Shown: piece by piece, positions 35,488 through 40,303 of the stretch
How the letters are laid out: the number at the start of each line of letters is the position of its first letter
Position numbering within the stretch: the first letter of the stretch is position 1
Source of the DNA: Catajapyx aquilonaris
Lineage: Eukaryota
Length of the DNA: 40,303 nucleotides
Direction: 5' to 3'
NCBI GenBank assembly: GCA_000934665.2
Contig: KZ539015.1
Span: forward strand, 1 to 40,303
Notes under the pieces: model-generated
Told to the model about the DNA's origin: nothing
Database searches by the model: none
The model's input: the letters and a program-made list of their open reading frames with translations, nothing else
Position numbers and translations under genes: made by a program

Positions 35488-36942
35488 TCAGTGACCTTTA
35501 CGGTTGAGCACCAGCGGACCCACGTTGTCGCCTGTGTTGGTGTTGTGAGTACCGTGGGTGCCGTCGCAATACGGGAACTGTAAGTAGGGGGAAATGCGCT
35601 TTTTTAGTCATTGCCGAACGCACGCAACGGGACGAAAAGTACCGACCCTTGCGCTGCGCCAGCACCGGCAGAATGCGACCTTGTCTCCGAGCTCCTCGAT
35701 CTGGAAGGCGTCCACCACCTTCGGGCAGTCCTTCTTGATGGCTGGGTTCACCTTTGTCTTACCCTTGAACAACAACAGAAGCTGTAACGCAAGAACCGGG
35801 GAGGGAGGGGGCAACAATTAGTCTCCGCCATCGCAACAACCGTACCATGAACTTTTTGTGCGCCGCAGGGCAGAATACTTGGTACGTGAGCCATGTTATC
35901 CCGGCGATCGACGCCCCCAGCGGCACCAGCGATATCCAGTCGCGAACTACGGAGAAAAAAAAAACCAATCGGGGTTAACGCTATCGGCACAAGATCATTA
36001 CAAAGTATCATTACGCCTCTACTACGATAAAAGGCAATGTTAGTTTGTCCAGGTTTGCTTGCTTGTTCGTCCACCTTTGGCAACCACAAGATGTTAGTAT
36101 CCAGGTTTGCTTGTCAGTTTGTCCAGATTTAGTCTGCATGTTTGTATGTCCACGTGTGGCAACCAGTTACCATGCAATAAATTCAGACCCTGCATGTTGC
36201 CATGCCCAGGTTTGCATGTCTGTTTGTCCAGGTTTGCATGCATGTTTGTCCTTAGTTTGCATGTCTGTGAGTTTGTCTGTTTGTCCATGTTAGTTTGCTT
36301 GTCTGTTTGTCCACAGGTTGGCTTTCATGTTTGTCCTTAGTTTGAATGTCTGTGAGTTTGTCTGCTTGTCCATGTTAGTTTGCTTGTCTGTTTGTCCACA
36401 GGTTGGCTTTCATGTTTGTCCTTAGTTTGCATGTCTGTGAGTTTGTCTGTTTGTCCATGTTAGTTTGCTTGTCTGTTTGTCCACAGGTTGGCTTTCATGT
36501 TTGTCCTTAGTTTGAATGTCTGTTTGCTTGTCTGTTTGTCCAGGTTATCTTGTCTGGTTGTGCCAGGTTTGGTACCCACGGCCCAACCGAGTAACGATGC
36601 TGTAAGGGCACAACATTGTGTCCATTCCGCTGCTGCTGGTTACATTAAATATGATTGCATAATAATGTTGTCATTACAGTACATGCATAGGCCAGGCACA
36701 TGCGATGTACACATTCTCCTTTCTTATGTTTCTATGAAGCCCCATTTCCTCTTGCGGCGTACGTGCCCTCCTCCAGGTTAGCGGTTTCCCATGTTGGTTT
36801 TTTGGGGGATTTTCTTTCTTTCCTTCCCCAAGTGTGTTTTACCTCCGAGCTTGAACCATCCTCCGATGGTGTCTGGAACAGGCAACGCAGCCAGGTAGTT
36901 GGGAAGGGTCTCCTTCACCACATGAGCCAGAACACCCACCAT
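35488..36942 (-). CDS. CISD2: CDGSH iron-sulfur domain protein 2 homolog (NEET family, 2Fe-2S), about 135 aa
   Basis: Exons 36942-36843 ([33 protein letters not shown]), 35946-35846 ([10 protein letters not shown]...TM), 35763 (or 35781)-35647 ([25 protein letters not shown]), 35577-35488 ([29 protein letters not shown]). The C-x-C...C-x3-H ligands are intact. Confidence 0.95.
36040..36570. repeat. GT-rich minisatellite in CISD2 intron 1, 85-bp unit in about 3.5 copies plus degenerate flanks
   Basis: ttgtccatgttagtttgcttgtctgtttgtccacaggttggc... at 36281, 36366 and 36451. Confidence 0.9.
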
Positions 36943-37671
36943 CTTGGATATGGAATCGATTCTCCTTTTTTATTATATCTCTCTTCTTCTGGTGAAGTTG
37001 GAAGGGGCAGCTGGTGGCAGGAGGTGGGGTGGGGAAGATAAGAAAAAGATGGAACGAAAGGCCTGCTGATGTTTTATTAAATCAAAATGATGAGTTTTGT
37101 TTCTTTAATATTTTTTTTTTTTATAAAAATGGGGGGTGTTTGTAAACATTTGGCAACATGATAAAATCTGGCAACGTTGGATGCAATGGCGGCACCCTTG
37201 GTTCTTCCTTTTGGTGGGAGGCCTCCTCATCCAAAGGCCTCCTTCACCATGCCACGATTTCATGCTGGAAAAAACCAAATAACAAGGAAATGGATACGAG
37301 AAGTATTCATACTTACATCAAGTTTATCAGGTCGTGTCATTTTTTTTATTTTTATTTCAATGAATCTTATTTTGTCCATAGAAAATGAAGGTGTAAAAGT
37401 AACATAACAGATACCATTTTCGCTCAATAAGACTCTGTCAGAGGACACAGATGATAAACTCATCAGACAGCTATTCCTAAAGGGCAGAGAAACGACTACA
37501 AAGTCAATTCAGAATACTAAACAAGCATTACAAACTAACTCGGGAGATGAATCCGCAATAGTCCGACTATAGCGACCGTCCACATTCCAGTTATTCCTAA
37601 GAAACATGCTGGTCTCCAGGCCGCTCTAACTCTACAGTAACTAAAAATCACCAAATATTATACTGTAAATA

Positions 37672-37999
37672 TAGTAGAATCACAATAATTATCCGACTCC
37701 TTGGTTTTTATCCAACTGTCCTACTCCGGCAATAAATGTTTTCTCTAGTGAAATACAGTAATGTTCTACGCATTTGTTTGTTTTGCCTTAGTTAAATAAT
37801 TGTAAATGCAGTAGACTACAGCAGAGTGTGTGTAAAAGAAAAATACTTCGCTATTTCTTAGAAATTGTACATTATTTCATGTTTTTATAGCCTATGTTCT
37901 TTGTTGTGTCTTATTAAAGTTTCTTTACTCCTCGGATTATATATCCGACCTTCTCTGTTATCCGACCATGGGTGACGGATAATTGCTGGGGTTCTACTG
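37672..37999. mobile_element. Degenerate pogo/Tigger-like MITE with TA TSD
   Basis: Left end TA|tagtagaatcacaataattatccg and right end cggataattgctggggttctactg|TA (reverse complement CAGTAGAACCCC...), with repeated subterminal tatccgac motifs. Confidence 0.65.
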
Positions 38000-38027
38000 T
38001 ACGCATTTTCGCTCACAGATTTACCGT

Positions 38028-40206
38028 TTACAGATTATACAACATGCATTCCATGGTAGCCAACAATTCCCGAGACATTCCTGTGATGATGTTGTCACCA
38101 CTGGACTCGAAGAGCCTCTCCAGTTTCTGGATTATTCCTCGCTCTCTGATTTCCTCGACCACTTCCTTGCCCTTCTTTCTTGGCTGACTGGCTGCCCGAA
38201 GGATGATGAGTAGACCTGTCAGGATGGCGTTGATGACCTGGGAGTCATCCGAGTCCAACAGTTTGCACGTGGACTCAAGGATGCCTTTTTTGTAGCACGT
38301 GAGTATCTTCTGTTGGGATGTCTCTTGAGAGAGGTAGGCCGTCAGGTTCAGCAGGGCCATCTTTTGAACCACAGGTTCTTCTTCCTGTAATTGGAAGGGA
38401 GGTAGTGGAGATGGTTTGAAATGCAGTAGTTTGGGACTGAGGAACTTATAAATACACTCGTGAAACACACCCTTTTGAGGTATCTTATCCATCTGTCGAT
38501 GTGGCCATTAGTGACTGCGGCTTGAATAGGAGTGCCGGTGGTGGTACTGTCATCTCCAGAAGCCAAATACAGCATGTTATAAAAAGTCCCCAAAATATTG
38601 AAACTAACCATGCCGTGAGATGCTGGTTCAGAAGATAAATTCGTATTTGCCCAATTCACATTCATCACTAGGCCTAATTGATCTCTTGGCAATAATTTTG
38701 CCACAGTCAGTGCAGCACCAGTTGATTCCATGGCTTGCAATCCCACGGGGCTATCGCTCATATATGAAAAGCTGAAGCTTGTGTCCACTGCAAATAGAGT
38801 CAAAATTACTTTGTCATATGCAATCCTCCATTTCTGCAAAACACAATTTCCAGTGGCATGTAACATTCAATTTGCAATAAGTTACACTGCCCACTTTATA
38901 TATACAAATCCAATTACAGCTTCACAAGTTAATGACATCATAGATCGCTATGTCTCCCCTCATATCAACACCCACCACATTATTTTTTTGCCTTATGTTA
39001 ACGAACAAAGGGTGTCATCATGAAATAATTATGTAAGGACTCTTATTAACTAAGACATGAAGCCAAAACAGTAGAGAGTGAAAATTCTAGCTTACCAAGA
39101 ACTTCCATTCCTGCATCAGGAATTTCAGCCAGCATTTTAAGGCCCTGGATCAGCTTCTGAGAGAGTTCAAGGCCAAGGGAAGGGGACCTGCGGCACAAGG
39201 TCAACATGACCCAGCTTATGTTTTCCAAAAGGGCACGCTGTCAATGCGAACAAGAGCAAGACATTATTACACGGTATTCATAGACCTCCAGCTCTGTTAC
39301 TTATTACAAATCTTTAAATTATTCAGAATATTCTTAATTTGAAGTCAGGCAAGGCACAATAAGTTGGAATTCACTATACATTGCACTGAAATAAAAACTT
39401 CCGTAAAAGAGGTACATCCCGTTAGTGACTTATGCGTCGGACTTATCCATCTTTTAATTATTTTATTCACGCACAGTGTTAGTGAGAGAGCAAGTTCATA
39501 CTTACTGATGTGTCTGGTGATCCCAGAATATTGATCATGGCATTGACACTTGCTGCTAATATTTCTGGCTTTACTAATGGACAATATTCGGCTAAGACAT
39601 CCAGTGCCATTGTCGCTTCTTGTATAATGTCCTGGCTAGGGCAAGAGCCTATTAGATGCAGAAGCACCATGATACCATTGTTGTCCAGTGCAGTTTGGGC
39701 AATCATGGATGACCTGCTCACAAGTTCTGACAGTGCTGATAATGCCTCCAACTTGATGTCATCAGATCTGTAATTTAAAAATATTTATCACAAGCTTTAT
39801 TTTAAAGAAAAATAAATGGGTATTCACAATTATTGCGTTCCATTTGCTGATGCATGCATCGCATAAGTGATATGAGAACTAAAAAATTGTCAAACTCATA
39901 CCTGTTTCTTTGGTCTAGCAGTTCGACATATTTCTTCACCACCTCAGCACTAGTGGCAACATTAAAGGCCTCATCCTCTTCTCTTTCAAACTTCTGCTGA
40001 GCAGCCCGAATGAGCATCAGAAGAGAATAATCATCTGCGTTGTTCATATCAGTGACGATTTTCTGCAAGCTCATTCCTGCCACGGCCTCCACTTCTTGTG
40101 AAGAAGTCATTGAGGAGAAACTTATTTGACGGCTTGGTAGAAGCGTCTGAAAGCGCTGTTGCCTTCGACGGTCCATCATCTCCTCCCGTCGTTGCTTACG
40201 CTGCTC
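38028..40206 (-). CDS. Divergent importin-alpha (karyopherin alpha)-like ARM-repeat protein, probably 5'-partial; about 460 aa visible
   Basis: Phase-consistent exons: 40206-39902 (IBB-like EQRKQRREEMMDRRR), 39767-39506, 39237-39096 (ENISWVMLTLCRR, cf. RNATWTLSNLCR), 38787-38471 (DTSFSFSYMSDS, cf. DACWALSYLTDG), 38384-38028 (KGILESTCKLLDSDDSQVINAILTGLLIIL...EEIRERGIIQKLERL, like ARM9-10). Total 1383 nt open. Confidence 0.75.
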
Positions 40207-40303
40207 CTACTTGCCCAAACCCAGAATATTTCGCTCACCCTGATATTTCCCAGTTGAGAATATGGAAATGACGAAATATAAATTAATTGCACATAAATAG
40301 GGT

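Noticed and set aside
36045..36781. Cys/Val-rich ORFs in CISD2 intron 1
   Set aside because: These are translations of the GT-rich minisatellite.
40207..40238. 32-nt GT-AG intron upstream of the importin-alpha-like exon
   Set aside because: It is shorter than all other introns here (54 nt or more); the true donor probably lies outside the window, or translation starts at ATG 40179.

Overview
Eukaryotic, intron-rich, invertebrate (most likely arthropod) genomic DNA with two N gaps. By hand-splicing GT-AG exons with consistent phases I reconstruct six genes. (1) The 3' part of a netrin receptor UNC5 (+, 1334-23051; TM, ZU5, UPA, death domain; 17.2 kb intron). (2) A small, easily missed 123-aa Cys-rich single-pass membrane protein of WBP1/VOPP1-like type (-, 24630-26202). 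(3) STAMBP/AMSH deubiquitinase (+, 28574-32298). (4) A mucin-like type I membrane protein (+, 33681-35202). (5) CISD2-like 2Fe-2S NEET protein (-, 35488-36942). (6) A strongly divergent importin-alpha whose NLS-binding Trp/Asn array appears eroded (-, 38028 to at least 40206). Introns and intergenic DNA contain many short non-autonomous transposons (Tc1/mariner-, pogo-, hAT-, P- and Harbinger-like MITEs, a tRNA-derived SINE, a probable Helitron), palindromes, minisatellites and microsatellites. I see no CRISPR, rRNA or intact tRNA genes. Family assignments come from motif recognition by eye, not database searches.
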